Position numbers and translations under genes: made by a program
NCBI GenBank assembly: GCA_965232515.1
Contig: CBDDPY010000002.1
Coordinates: forward strand, 2,400,001-2,464,000
Length of the DNA stretch: 64,000 nt
Direction: 5' to 3'
Source of the DNA: Alphaproteobacteria bacterium
Lineage (GTDB): Bacteria; Pseudomonadota; Alphaproteobacteria; GCA-2731375
The notes under the pieces: generated by a model
Database searches by the model: none
Told to the model about the DNA's origin: nothing
The model's input: only the letters and a program-made list of their open reading frames with translations
In this document: piece by piece, positions 50,994-61,400 of the stretch
Layout: every line of letters starts with the position of its first letter
Position numbering within the stretch: position 1 is the first letter of the stretch

Positions 50994-51854
50994 GTGAGCG
51001 ACCTCGCCGTCATTCGGCGCGCCTACGCCAAGCAGATCATGGCGGCGGCCGGTGTCGGCGACGCGAAAATCGAGGCCGCCTTCGCGTCGGTGCCGCGCGA
51101 ACGCTTTCTCGGCCCCGGTCCCTGGCCAATCCTGCGCTGGGGCCGCGGCTACGTGCTGTCGCCAAACGCCGACCCGGTCTACCTCTATGCAGATGTCCTG
51201 GTCGGCATCGACCGCCAGCGCGAGCTCAACAACGGCCAGCCCTCCTTCCACGCGCTGCTGATGTCGCGCATGGCGCCGGCCAGCGGCGACCATGTCGTGC
51301 ATGTCGGCAGCGGCACGGGCTATTTCAGCGCCATCCTGGCGCATGCCGTCGGCGAGAGCGGCCGTGTCACCGCGATCGAGTACGACGCCCGCCTGGCCCG
51401 GCTCGCGGCCGAAAACCTGGCGCCATATCCGCATGTCACGGTCGTGCAGGGCGACGGCGCCGTGGCCGACTTCGATCCGGCCGACGGCATCTACGTGAAT
51501 GCCGGCGCCACGCGTCCGGCCGACATCTGGCTCGACCGCCTGAAGCCGAAGGGACGCCTGATCCTACCGCTCACCACCGAGAAGGGCTTCAGCGCCGGCG
51601 AGCCCGAGCAGATCGCCCGGCGCGGCGCCGTGTTCCGCATCCAGCGCCTTACCGACCGCTACTCGGCGAAATGGCTGAGCCCCGTCGCCATCTTTCCCTG
51701 CGCCGGCATGCGCGATGCCGACTCGGAAGCCGCCCTGGCGCGGGCGCTCGAGAACGGCGGCTGGGATTTCGTCAAGAGCCTGCGCCGCGACAACGCCGTG
51801 CCGGTCGAACGCTGCTGGCTCTGGGCCGACGGCTGGTGCCTGACCTACGACTGA
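50994..51854 (+). CDS. Protein-L-isoaspartate O-methyltransferase family
   Basis: AFASVPRERF, NNGQPS, HVGSGTGYFSAILA, GDG, GRLILP; start approximate. Confidence 0.85.
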   Translation: MSDLAVIRRAYAKQIMAAAGVGDAKIEAAFASVPRERFLGPGPWPILRWGRGYVLSPNADPVYLYADVLVGIDRQRELNNGQPSFHALLMSRMAPASGDHVVHVGSGTGYFSAILAHAVGESGRVTAIEYDARLARLAAENLAPYPHVTVVQGDGAVADFDPADGIYVNAGATRPADIWLDRLKPKGRLILPLTTEKGFSAGEPEQIARRGAVFRIQRLTDRYSAKWLSPVAIFPCAGMRDADSEAALARALENGGWDFVKSLRRDNAVPVERCWLWADGWCLTYD

Positions 51855-53086
51855 CAGCGGCGGACCGTCCGGTTTCCGGACCGGCGGCCGACGACGATGC
51901 GGCCACGCGCTGGGGAATCGTCGCGCTCGCCGTCGGCGCCGGCATCATCACCGGCCTGCAGGTCGGCAAGGTGCCGCCGGCGATCCCCGACATGCGCGCC
52001 GAGCTGGGGCTGAGCCTGGTCACCGCCGGCTGGATGGCCTCGCTCTTCAACGCCGTCGGCGCCGCGCTCGGCATTGCCGCCGGCCTGTTCGCCGACCGCA
52101 TCGGCGCGCGGCGGTCGATCGGCCTGGGCGTGCTGCTGCTGGCGCTCGGCAGCGCCGGCGGCAGCCTGGCGGCCGACGCCTGGCACATCCTGCTGGCCCG
52201 GACCGTCGAGGGCATCGGCTTCGTCGCCGTCGTCGTCGCCGGCCCGCGCATCATCGTCGCCGCCGCGCGGTCGCGCGATCACGGCCTCGCGCTCGGTATC
52301 TGGAGCACCTATATGCCGGCCGGCATGGCCATCGCCATGCTGGCGGCGCCGCTCATCCTGTCGGCCTTCGGCTGGCGCGGGTTATGGCTGGCCAATGTCG
52401 GCGTCATGCTGGCCTTCGCGCTCGTCTTCGTTTTGGCGACCGCGCCGCGACGCTGGCCAGGCGCGCCGGCCGCGGGTGGCCGTCTCGGCGCCGCTGACCT
52501 GCGCGCCACGGTCCTCCGGCCCGGCCCCTGGCTGCTGGGCGGCTGTTTCGCCTGCTATTCGATCCAGTTCTTCGCCGTGATGTCCTGGCTGCCGACGTTT
52601 CTGATCGAGACCCAGGGCCGCAGCCTGGCCGCAGCCTCGCTGTTCGGCGCTATCACGGTCGCCGCCAACGTCATCGGCAATGTCGCCAGCGCCTGGGCCA
52701 TGCATGCCGGCATCGGTCGCCGGCATTTAATGACCACGGCCTATCTGGTGATGGCCGGCTGCGCGGTCGGCATCTTCGCGGATATCGTCGACGCCGTGTG
52801 GAAGCTGCCGCTGGCGCTCGCTTTCAGCGCCTTCGGCGGCCTGCTGCCGGCGGCGACGCTCGCCGGCGCGGCGGCGCACGCGCCGACCCCGGCCCAGGTC
52901 TCGACCACGAACGGCTTCGTCGTGCAGGGCTCCAATACCGGCAGCCTGCTCGGCCCGCCGGTGATGGCGCTTCTGGTCGCCGTCGGCGGCGGCTGGCAGC
53001 AGACCTGGGGCCTGATGGTTGCCTGCGGCGCGCTGGGGCTTATCCTGCTGGCCGGTTTGGCCCGGGTGGAGAGGAAACTGCGGTGA
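51851..53086 (+). CDS. MFS transporter (CynX/NimT-like)
   Basis: About 12 TM helices; GLFADRIGARR motif A; QVGKVPPAIP; start uncertain. Confidence 0.85.
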   Translation: MTAADRPVSGPAADDDAATRWGIVALAVGAGIITGLQVGKVPPAIPDMRAELGLSLVTAGWMASLFNAVGAALGIAAGLFADRIGARRSIGLGVLLLALGSAGGSLAADAWHILLARTVEGIGFVAVVVAGPRIIVAAARSRDHGLALGIWSTYMPAGMAIAMLAAPLILSAFGWRGLWLANVGVMLAFALVFVLATAPRRWPGAPAAGGRLGAADLRATVLRPGPWLLGGCFACYSIQFFAVMSWLPTFLIETQGRSLAAASLFGAITVAANVIGNVASAWAMHAGIGRRHLMTTAYLVMAGCAVGIFADIVDAVWKLPLALAFSAFGGLLPAATLAGAAAHAPTPAQVSTTNGFVVQGSNTGSLLGPPVMALLVAVGGGWQQTWGLMVACGALGLILLAGLARVERKLR

Positions 53087-53547
53087 CGGTGCGTTATTTC
53101 GATGATTTTTCGGTCGGCGAACGTTTCGTCACGGCCGCCAAGACCGTGACCGAAAGCGAGATCCAGCGCTTCGCCCTCGAGTTCGACCCGCAGCCGTTTC
53201 ACCTCGACGCCGCCGCGGCGGAGGAGACCCCGTTCGGCGGCCTGATCGCCAGCGGCTTCCACACGCTGTCGCTCAGCATGAGCCTGTTCTTTCGCATGCG
53301 CCTGCTGGAACAGCCGAACCTCGGCTCGCCCGGTATCGACGAAATCCGCTGGCTGCAGCCGTTGCGGCCCGGCGACACGATCCATCAGGTCGCCGAGATC
53401 GTCGACCTCAAACGCTCGAAGTCAAAGCCCGACCGCGGCGTCATCTGGATGCGCCACGACACGCTCAATCAACAAAATGAGATGATCATGCAGCTCCGCT
53501 GCATGCACATGCTGCGCCGGAAGACCGGCGCGCCGGATCAGGCGTAG
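53083..53547 (+). CDS. MaoC family (R)-specific enoyl-CoA hydratase/dehydratase
   Basis: GTGA overlap; FDPQPFHLD (intact D-x4-H), GGLIASGFHT, PLRPGD. Confidence 0.9.
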   Translation: MTVRYFDDFSVGERFVTAAKTVTESEIQRFALEFDPQPFHLDAAAAEETPFGGLIASGFHTLSLSMSLFFRMRLLEQPNLGSPGIDEIRWLQPLRPGDTIHQVAEIVDLKRSKSKPDRGVIWMRHDTLNQQNEMIMQLRCMHMLRRKTGAPDQA

Positions 53548-53735
53548 CTGATCCTCTCTTCAGGCTCGAACCGCTGCAGATTCTGCGGCAGCCGGTCGAT
53601 CGCCTGCACGACGCCGAGCCAGTGATTGGACAGCGCGGCGCGGCGCGCGCCGTCATGGCCCAGATGATTCGTCAGCTCGATCGCGACCCGTTCGACCGGA
53701 TCGGTGGTGTCGGTAACGGCGGCAAGAAAGGCCAT
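53538..53735 (-). CDS. Small hypothetical protein (65 aa)
   Basis: RBS GGAGG 5 nt before ATG 53735; sigma54-type promoter upstream. Confidence 0.55.
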   Translation of the reverse strand: MAFLAAVTDTTDPVERVAIELTNHLGHDGARRAALSNHWLGVVQAIDRLPQNLQRFEPEERISYA

Positions 53736-53793
53736 CCTGGCCTCCATCGCTTTGAATTCCTGATCATTTGGCCCAAGGACCATGTGACGAATA

Positions 53794-53809
53794 TGCAATC
53801 CCGGGACCA
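53794..53809 (-). promoter_or_regulatory. Sigma54 (-24/-12) promoter
   Basis: Minus strand TGGTCC-CGGGA-TTGCA, with exact GG-N10-GC spacing. Confidence 0.6.
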
Positions 53810-54085
53810 CTCACGCAGTGATCGACGTCACTGCAGATTTCCAAGCCGAATCAAGAAGTTATGGCAGAGCCTCGAACACCTCGGACGGCCGGGTGTTTCA
53901 TACTGGCGATCAGTTATGAAACTTCCGTCAGCACGCTTGCCGATCTGGCACGCCAAGCTGACACATGCCGGGACACCTCAGTAAAGTCGGTAAAATTACC
54001 CACAAAAACGCCGGTAATTGCCGTTATTGTTAGGTCGGGCGGGCCGTCGCAACGCGGCAGACATGATCGTCACGAGTAACAGGAC

Positions 54086-54415
54086 ATGACCATTCGCACA
54101 GCCAAGTTTCAGATCGGCGACATCGTCCGTCATCGCATCCACCCGTTTCGCGGCGTGATCTTCGATGTCGATCCGGTGTTCAGCAACACCGAGGAATGGT
54201 GGCTGTCGATCCCCGAGGAGATGCGGCCGGCGAAGGACCAGCCCTACTATCACCTGTTCGCCGAGAATGACGAGACCACCTACATCGCCTATGTCTCGGA
54301 ACAGAACCTGCTGCCGGACGAGACCGGCAAGCCGGTTTCGCACCCGCAGATCAGCATGGTCTTCTCGGGCGTCGAGAACGGCCGCTATGTCATGCGGAAC
54401 GGCCAGACCAACTGA
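54086..54415 (+). CDS. hspQ: Heat shock protein HspQ
   Basis: AKFQIGDIVRHR, FRGVIFDVDPVF, PAKDQPYYHL, AYVSEQNL. Confidence 0.95.
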   Translation: MTIRTAKFQIGDIVRHRIHPFRGVIFDVDPVFSNTEEWWLSIPEEMRPAKDQPYYHLFAENDETTYIAYVSEQNLLPDETGKPVSHPQISMVFSGVENGRYVMRNGQTN

Positions 54416-54450
54416 GCGGAACCGCGACAGGCCAGTCAGCGAGGAGCGAC

Positions 54451-54939
54451 ATGCAAGATCTCACGGCCATGGGCGAGCGGATCAGCCGCCTGCTGAAAGA
54501 ACGCGGTCAGACGGTCGCCGTGTCCGAGTCCTCCACTGGCGGCCTGGTCTCCGCCGCCCTGCTGGCGGTGCCCGGCGCGTCCGCCTATTTCCTCGGCGGC
54601 GGGGTTATCTATACCCGGTCGGCGCGGGACGCTCTGCTCGGCATCGGCGATGCCGACATGAAAGGCATGCGCTCGAGCAGCGAGCCCTACGCCCAGCTCG
54701 CCGCGCGAACGATCCGGGACCGGCTCGGCGCCGACTGGGGCTTGAGCGAGACCGGCGCCGCCGGGCCCACAGGCAACCGCTACGGCGATGCGGCGGGCCA
54801 TACCTGCATGGCCGTCGCCGGCCCATTGGAGGCGGCCAAGACGCTTGAGACCGGCAGCGACGACCGGCAGGCCAATATGTGGCGTTTCGCCGAGGCGACG
54901 CTGGCCCATTTCGAGGATTGCCTGCGCCGGGAGGGTTGA
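54451..54939 (+). CDS. CinA/PncC family amidohydrolase
   Basis: VAVSESSTGGL, PGASAYF.GG..Y, ETGAAGP. Confidence 0.88.
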   Translation: MQDLTAMGERISRLLKERGQTVAVSESSTGGLVSAALLAVPGASAYFLGGGVIYTRSARDALLGIGDADMKGMRSSSEPYAQLAARTIRDRLGADWGLSETGAAGPTGNRYGDAAGHTCMAVAGPLEAAKTLETGSDDRQANMWRFAEATLAHFEDCLRREG

Positions 54940-55157
54940 TCCGTCGAACAATCGTTCGCGAGCGGCTGAAATGGCCGTAACACAACCATAAGGTTTAGCG
55001 CGTTTTTACGATTTCTTCGCTTTCCCCGGCGATAACCAGGGCAGGGGCTTAGCGTTGATCGACCCGTCAAGCGTATCGAGAATTTCAACCTTGGCGGGTT
55101 GTTGGACTCCATAAGTCCCCGAAGACTGGTTCGGGCCGGAGGTTTCAACCGCATCGG

Positions 55158-57014
55158 ATGGCGCAATATGCAGCCTCCCTTGATGTCGACGATCAGCACA
55201 CAGCCGATCGACCAACGCCGCCATTGCTGGCCGGCGCCGTCGTATCGCACCCGCCGCCCCCCGCCCGCCGCCGTCTTGCCGGCGTTCTTGGCGCCGTCGC
55301 GGCGTTGCTCGTCGCCATCGGCCTGTTGGTCCTGCTTCGCCTGGTGTTCGCCGGCGAAACAGGCTTGCTGTCGGCAATCCTGCTCGCGACGAGCGGTCTG
55401 GCCGCCGGCGGCGCCGGCCTCGGCGTTCGCCACGCCATCCTGAAAAGCCGAACCGCCGATCCCGAGCGACCCGCCGCGCCGGCCGGGCCCACCGATCCCA
55501 TGGCGCTCATCGTGGGCCTGCTGGACCGGCTGCCGGACGGCGTCGCCTGGTGGGACGCGGACGACCGCCTGATTGTCTGCAACCGGGCCTACCGAACCGA
55601 GCTCGACTCGGCGCAGGATCTGGTCCGGCCCGGCATCAAATTCGAGGACATGATCCGGGGACTGGTCGAGGCCGATGCCATACCGGAAGCGCACGGCATG
55701 GCCGAGGCCTGGATCCGCGGACGGCTGGCGCAGCATCAGGCCGCGGACAGCGCCAGCGAGCGCATGCTGCCCGACGGGCGCTGGATCCAGATCACCGAGA
55801 GCCGGACCGGGGACAAAGGCGTGCTGACTGTCTGCACCGACATCAGCGACAAGAAGCGCCGCGAGAAGACCCTGCGCGAGACCCAGGAGCGTTACACGCT
55901 CGCCATGCACGGCGCCAACGAGGGCCTGTGGGACTGGAACATCAGCAGCGGCGAGCTCTACATCTCGCCGCGCGTGATGGCCATCCTGCATCTCGACAAG
56001 ACGGACGCGCCGATGACGGCCGACGACTGGCTCGGCCTGATCCGGTCCGACGATGTCGAGCGCTACAAGGCGACGATCCGCCAGCATCTGCGCGGCGAGG
56101 TGCCGGTCTATCAGTGCGAATACCGCGTCGTCGGCAGCGACGATGTCGAGCGCTGGGTCTTCGACCGCGGCCTGGCCTTGCGGGACTCGACCGGCCGGGC
56201 CTATCGCATGGCCGGCTCGATCGGCGACATCACCGAGCGCAAGAACGCCGAGGCCGAGCTGCAGGCCGCCATCGAGCAGGCCCAGCTTGCCAGCCGGGCC
56301 AAATCGGAATTCCTGGCCAATGTCAGCCACGAGCTGCGCACGCCGCTGAACGCGATCATCGGTTTTTCCGAGATCATGAAGGAAGAGATGTTCGGACCGC
56401 TGGGCGCGAAGGAATACAAATCCTATGTCGAGGACATCAAGTATTCCGGCCAGCATCTGCTGGAGCTGATCAACGACATTCTCGACGTCTCCAAGGCCGA
56501 GGCCGGCAAGCACAGCCTGCAGGAGGCCGACATCGATCTGCCGACCTGCGTGCAGATCTGTCTGCGCCTGGTGGCCGAGCGGGCGGCCGAGGGCAATGTC
56601 GAGCTGGTGATCGACATCCCCAACGATCTGCCGCCGTTGAATGCCGACGAGCGCAAGCTGAAGCAGATGCTGATCAACCTGATGAGCAATGCTGTGAAGT
56701 TCACGCCGTCCGGCGGACGGGTCGGCATCGCGGCGGAAATCGTCGACGACGGTGCGCTTCACGTGGTTGTGACCGATACCGGCATTGGCATGTCGGAACC
56801 CGACATCGAGCTGGCGCTGAAGCCGTTCGAGCAGGTCGACAGCTCCTTCAACCGCAAATACGAGGGCACCGGCCTCGGCCTGCCGATCGTCAAGTCGCTG
56901 ATCGAGCTGCATGGCGGCGGCCTGGAGATGCGCAGCCAGCCGGGCGTCGGCACGTCGGCGACCCTGCGCTTCCCGGCCCGCCGGATTCGCCATCACCAGG
57001 ACGCCGCGCAGTAG
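55158..57014 (+). CDS. Membrane PAS-PAS sensor histidine kinase, PleC/DivJ/PdhS-like
   Basis: Two TM helices; PAS_7 and PAS_3/PAC; KSEFLANVSHELRTPLNAIIGFSE; NLMSNAVKFT, DTGIG, GTGLGL. Confidence 0.9.
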   Translation: MAQYAASLDVDDQHTADRPTPPLLAGAVVSHPPPPARRRLAGVLGAVAALLVAIGLLVLLRLVFAGETGLLSAILLATSGLAAGGAGLGVRHAILKSRTADPERPAAPAGPTDPMALIVGLLDRLPDGVAWWDADDRLIVCNRAYRTELDSAQDLVRPGIKFEDMIRGLVEADAIPEAHGMAEAWIRGRLAQHQAADSASERMLPDGRWIQITESRTGDKGVLTVCTDISDKKRREKTLRETQERYTLAMHGANEGLWDWNISSGELYISPRVMAILHLDKTDAPMTADDWLGLIRSDDVERYKATIRQHLRGEVPVYQCEYRVVGSDDVERWVFDRGLALRDSTGRAYRMAGSIGDITERKNAEAELQAAIEQAQLASRAKSEFLANVSHELRTPLNAIIGFSEIMKEEMFGPLGAKEYKSYVEDIKYSGQHLLELINDILDVSKAEAGKHSLQEADIDLPTCVQICLRLVAERAAEGNVELVIDIPNDLPPLNADERKLKQMLINLMSNAVKFTPSGGRVGIAAEIVDDGALHVVVTDTGIGMSEPDIELALKPFEQVDSSFNRKYEGTGLGLPIVKSLIELHGGGLEMRSQPGVGTSATLRFPARRIRHHQDAAQ

Positions 57015-57039
57015 GCTTTGTTGGTTTCTCTTCGAAACC

Positions 57040-57126
57040 GGCTCGACCCATCCCGCTCCCCCACCCGACCACCCATTGAGCATACTTCCGTGGGTGGTCG
57101 GGTGGGGGAGCGGGATGGGTCGAGCC
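57040..57126. repeat. Long perfect palindrome, copy B (36-bp arms, same 15-nt loop in opposite orientation)
   Basis: ggctcgacccatcccgctcccccacccgaccaccca - ttgagcatacttccg - exact reverse complement. Confidence 0.95.
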
Positions 57127-57289
57127 ACCGGCCCTTGGCCGGCCAAAAGATTCCGAGAGTCGACGTAATCCGCCGCAGGAAGTATGATCCGGGCCTCGGA
57201 AGGGCTTGAACGTTCGACGCGCGCGGGGCTTGAATTTGTGCCGCGCGACGACACTTCCACTAAGCGTAGACAGACATTTCAGGATTCGC

Positions 57290-58444
57290 ATGAATCGCCG
57301 CCCGAATACGCCATGCGGCCCGGTTCCGCAGCCCGTGCCCCTGGCCGCGGGCGGTTGGTTATGCGCGCTTTTGCTGCTGGCCGCGATCGTCTTCGCGGCC
57401 GCATCCCCGGCTGACGCCCAGGGCCGACCGGCGCTCGTCGGCGTCGACGAGGTGACGGTGACGCCGGTTTCGCAGACCTTCCCCGTCCTCGGCCGCATGG
57501 TCGCGCGCAAGTCCGGCATCGTCGCGACGCGGGTCCGGGGACCGGTGGCCGAGCTTAAGGTCGCGGTCGGGGACCGGGTCAGGGCCGGCGACGTCATTGC
57601 CCTGCTCGATGTCGACCAGTTGCGCTGGCAACGTGAGCTCCGGGCCGCCGAATTCGCCGAGAAGAATGCCGAGCTCGAAACCGAGCAAGCCCGCCTCAAC
57701 ATGGTCAATCAGGAGCTGCGGCGCCTCGACCGTCTGCGGACCAACAAGTCGGCCGCGTTCCGGGTTGCGCAATTCGACGACAAGACCGTCGAAGCGGCCA
57801 TGATCGGCAGCAGCGTCGCCGAAGCGCGGGCCCGCGTGAAGCAGGCCGAAGCCGATCTCGAACTGGTCCAGATCGATCTTGAGAACGCGCAGATCCGGGC
57901 GCCCTACCCCGGCGTGATCACCCGGCTGCACACGGAAGCCGGCGCTTATCTAACGGTTGGCGACCCGGTCGTGGCCATGCTCGACGACGCCGATCTCGAG
58001 ATCGAGGCCGACGTGCCGGTCGATCGGATCGCCGCGCTCAGCCCTGGCAAGATCGTCAATGTCAGCATCGATGGCGAAGGCCGTCAGGTCATGGTGCGGG
58101 CCGTGGTGCCGGAGGAGAATCCGCTGACCCGGACCCGCGCCGTCCGCCTGACGCCGAAATTCGGCACCAACGGCGGCCAGTTCGCCGCCAACCAGAGCGC
58201 CACCGTCCATGTCCCCATCGGCAAATCGCGCGACGCCGTCACCGTGCACAAGGACGCGGTCCTGAACCGCCGCGGCGGCCACATGGTGTTCGTCGTCACC
58301 GACGGCAAGGCCATGCCCCGGCCCATCGTCCTGGGCGAGGCCGTCGGCGGGCGTTTCGAAGTGCAAAACGGCCTTCAGGCGGGCGACATCGTGGTGATCC
58401 GCGGCAACGAACGATTGCGGCCGCAACAGCCCGTGCAATTCTGA
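57290..58444 (+). CDS. RND efflux periplasmic adaptor (MFP) subunit
   Basis: V.VGDRV.AGDVIA.LD, coiled-coil hairpin, IRAPYPGVI, TRT, GLQAGDIVVIRG. Confidence 0.9.
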   Translation: MNRRPNTPCGPVPQPVPLAAGGWLCALLLLAAIVFAAASPADAQGRPALVGVDEVTVTPVSQTFPVLGRMVARKSGIVATRVRGPVAELKVAVGDRVRAGDVIALLDVDQLRWQRELRAAEFAEKNAELETEQARLNMVNQELRRLDRLRTNKSAAFRVAQFDDKTVEAAMIGSSVAEARARVKQAEADLELVQIDLENAQIRAPYPGVITRLHTEAGAYLTVGDPVVAMLDDADLEIEADVPVDRIAALSPGKIVNVSIDGEGRQVMVRAVVPEENPLTRTRAVRLTPKFGTNGGQFAANQSATVHVPIGKSRDAVTVHKDAVLNRRGGHMVFVVTDGKAMPRPIVLGEAVGGRFEVQNGLQAGDIVVIRGNERLRPQQPVQF

Positions 58445-58469
58445 CGGCTTGTCGTAAGCTGGAGCGATC

Positions 58470-61400
58470 ATGGACCTGATACGCTTGGCCATCGAACGAC
58501 CGACCGCGGTGTTGGCGGCGGTCTTCATGGTGCTGATGTTCGGGCTTCTGGCGCTCAAGACCATCCCGATCCAGCTGACGCCGGATATCGACCGACCGGT
58601 CCTGCAGGTCACCACGACCTGGCCCGGCGCGGCGCCGGCGGAAGTCGAGCGCGAGCTCACCAATCGTCAAGAAGAAGTGCTGAAGGGCCTCGAGGGCGTG
58701 GTCGAGATGACCAGCAATTCCGAGGACGGCCGCGCGCGTATCACACTCGAGTTCGGCGTCAGCACCAACATGGACCGGGCGCTCTTGCTGCTGGCGAACC
58801 GTCTGGACCGTGTCGACGGCTATCCCGACGAGGTCGACGAGCCGCGCATCAGCACCCAGGGCTCGGAAGACAACCCCATTGCCTGGTTCATCATCAAGCG
58901 GGTCGAGGGCAACGAGCGGCCGATCCACACCTACCGCGATTTTGTCGAGGACGTCGTCGCCGACCGGCTGGAACGCGTGCCGGGCGTCTCGGGCACGAAC
59001 TTCTACGGCGGCGGCGAGCGCGAGATGCGCATCATCGTCGACCCGACCAAGATGGCCCGATACGGCCTGACTGTGTCGCGGGTCGTCGACGTGCTGCGGG
59101 CGGCAAACTGGTCGATCACCGGCGGCGACGTCGAGGAAGGCAAGCGCCGCTACGTCGTCCGCACCGAGAATGAGTTCACGACGCCCGAGCAGGTCGCCGC
59201 CGTCGTCCTGCGCAGCGAGAGCGACGACGATTCCGGCCGCGTCGGCCGGGTCACGGTCGGCGACATCGCTCGGGTCGAGTTCGGCTACAAGGATCCCGTC
59301 GCGACCATCCGCAACCTCGGCGATTCGTCGCTGGCCGTGAACGCCACCCGCGAGACCGGCGCCAACGTGATCGAGGTCATGGAAGGCATCCGGGCGGCCA
59401 TTGCCGAGCTCGAAGCCGGCGCCCTGCCCGCGGAGGGCCTGCGCATCAAGCAGGTCTACGACGAGACCGTTTACATCGATTCCGCCATCGATCTGGTACA
59501 GACCAACATCTTCGTCGGCGGCGTGCTGGCGGCCATCGTGCTGATGCTGTTCCTGCGCTCCGGCCGGGCGACGCTGGTGGTCAGCCTGGCGATCCCGGTC
59601 TCGGTGGTGGGCTCCTTCGTCGCCATGGCGGCGCTCGGCCGGTCTTTGAACGTGATCTCGCTCGCCGGCATCGCCTTCGCGGTCGGCATGGTCGTCGATG
59701 CCGCCATCGTCGTGCTGGAGAACATCTACCGGCACCGCCAGGAGGGCAAACCGCCGAAGGAAGCGGCCTATCTCGGCGCGCGCCAGGTCTGGGGGGCGAT
59801 CCTGGTCTCGGCGCTGACCACGGTGATGGTGTTCCTGCCGATCATGGTGATGGAACTGGAGGTCGGCCAGCTGTTCCGCGACATCGCCGTCGCCATCTCG
59901 GTCTCCGTCATGCTGTCCCTCATCGTCGCCGTGACCGTCATCCCAGCGCTGTCGCAGCGCCTGCTGTCGGACAAGACCAAAAGTTTGACCCAGCGCTTGC
60001 ACCTGCCGCTGATCGACAGCTTCGCGTCCGGCTTCGTCGCCACCATCATGCGCTTCACGCGAGCCGTTGTGGCCAGCCGCGTGCTCGCGATCGCGGTTGT
60101 CGCGATGGTGTCCGGCTCGGCCGCGATCGCCACCTGGGCCTTCCTGCCGAAGCTGGATTATCTGCCCGACGGCAACCGCAATCTGGTGTTCGGCGTGATC
60201 CTGCCGCCGCCGGGCTACAATCTCAAAACCACCACCAGCATCGCCGAGTCGCTGGAATCGACGGTCCGGCCCTATTGGGCGTCCGAGACCGGGCCTGAAG
60301 CCGGACCGGACGAACCGCCGAAGATGGAGAGCTTCTTCTTCGTCGCCTTCCGCGGCACCACGTTCATCGGCGCCAGCGCGGTCGATCCGACCCGTGTAGC
60401 GGAGATGATTCCGGTGCTCCAGGAACCGATCTTCCGCGAGCCCGGCACCTTCGGCTTCATCTCGCAGCGCTCGCTGTTCGGCCGCGGCATCGGCGGCGGC
60501 CGCACCATCAGCCTGAACGTCTCTGGCGGCGATCTCGAAACCATTCTCGGCGTCGCCCTGCAGGCGGTCGGCATCGTCGGCCAGGTCCTGCCGCGCGAGC
60601 AGGGCAATCAGCTGCGCCCGATCCCCGGCCTGGAACTGGGCGCACCCGAGGTCCGCGTGATTCCAGATCCCGTGCGACTGGCCGACAACGGCGTCTCGGC
60701 GCGCGAGCTCGGCCTGACGGTCGACGCCTTCAACGACGGCCTGCGCGTGGCCGAGATCACCGTCGAGGGCAAGCGTCTGGATTTGACGCTCTTGGGACCC
60801 ATACGCGCCGTCTCCGAGACCCAGGGCATCGGCCAGCTTCCCGTGGTGACGGAATCCGGCAAGATCCTGCCGGCGCGGTCGCTCGCCGACATCGCCATCA
60901 CCGCCGGCCCGACCGAGATCCGCCACCTGGAGCGCGTGCGCACGGTGACGCTCGAGATAAGGCCGACGCCAACCATGCCGCTCGAGGCCGCGCTCGACAT
61001 CCTCAACGCCGAGGTCATCGACAAGCTGACCGCACAGGGCCTGCCGCCGGGCGTGCGACTGTCGCTGACGGGCACGGCCGACAAGCTGACCCAGACCTGG
61101 AACCACATGGTCGTGGACCTGATTGTCGCCGTTATCATCGTTTATCTGGTGATGGCGGTGCTGTTCGAGAGCTTCCTGTTCCCGCTGATCATCGTGTTGT
61201 CGGTGCCGCTGGCGACGGCGGGCGGCATCGGTGGGCTGGGGCTGCTCAACCTCTATACCTTCCAGGCGCTCGACATGCTGACCATGCTCGGCTTCGTGAT
61301 CCTGGTCGGTATTGTCGTGAACAACGCCATTCTGCTCGTGCATCAGACGCTGTTCCACGTACGCCAGGAGGGCCTCGCCGCCACCGACGCCATCATCGAA

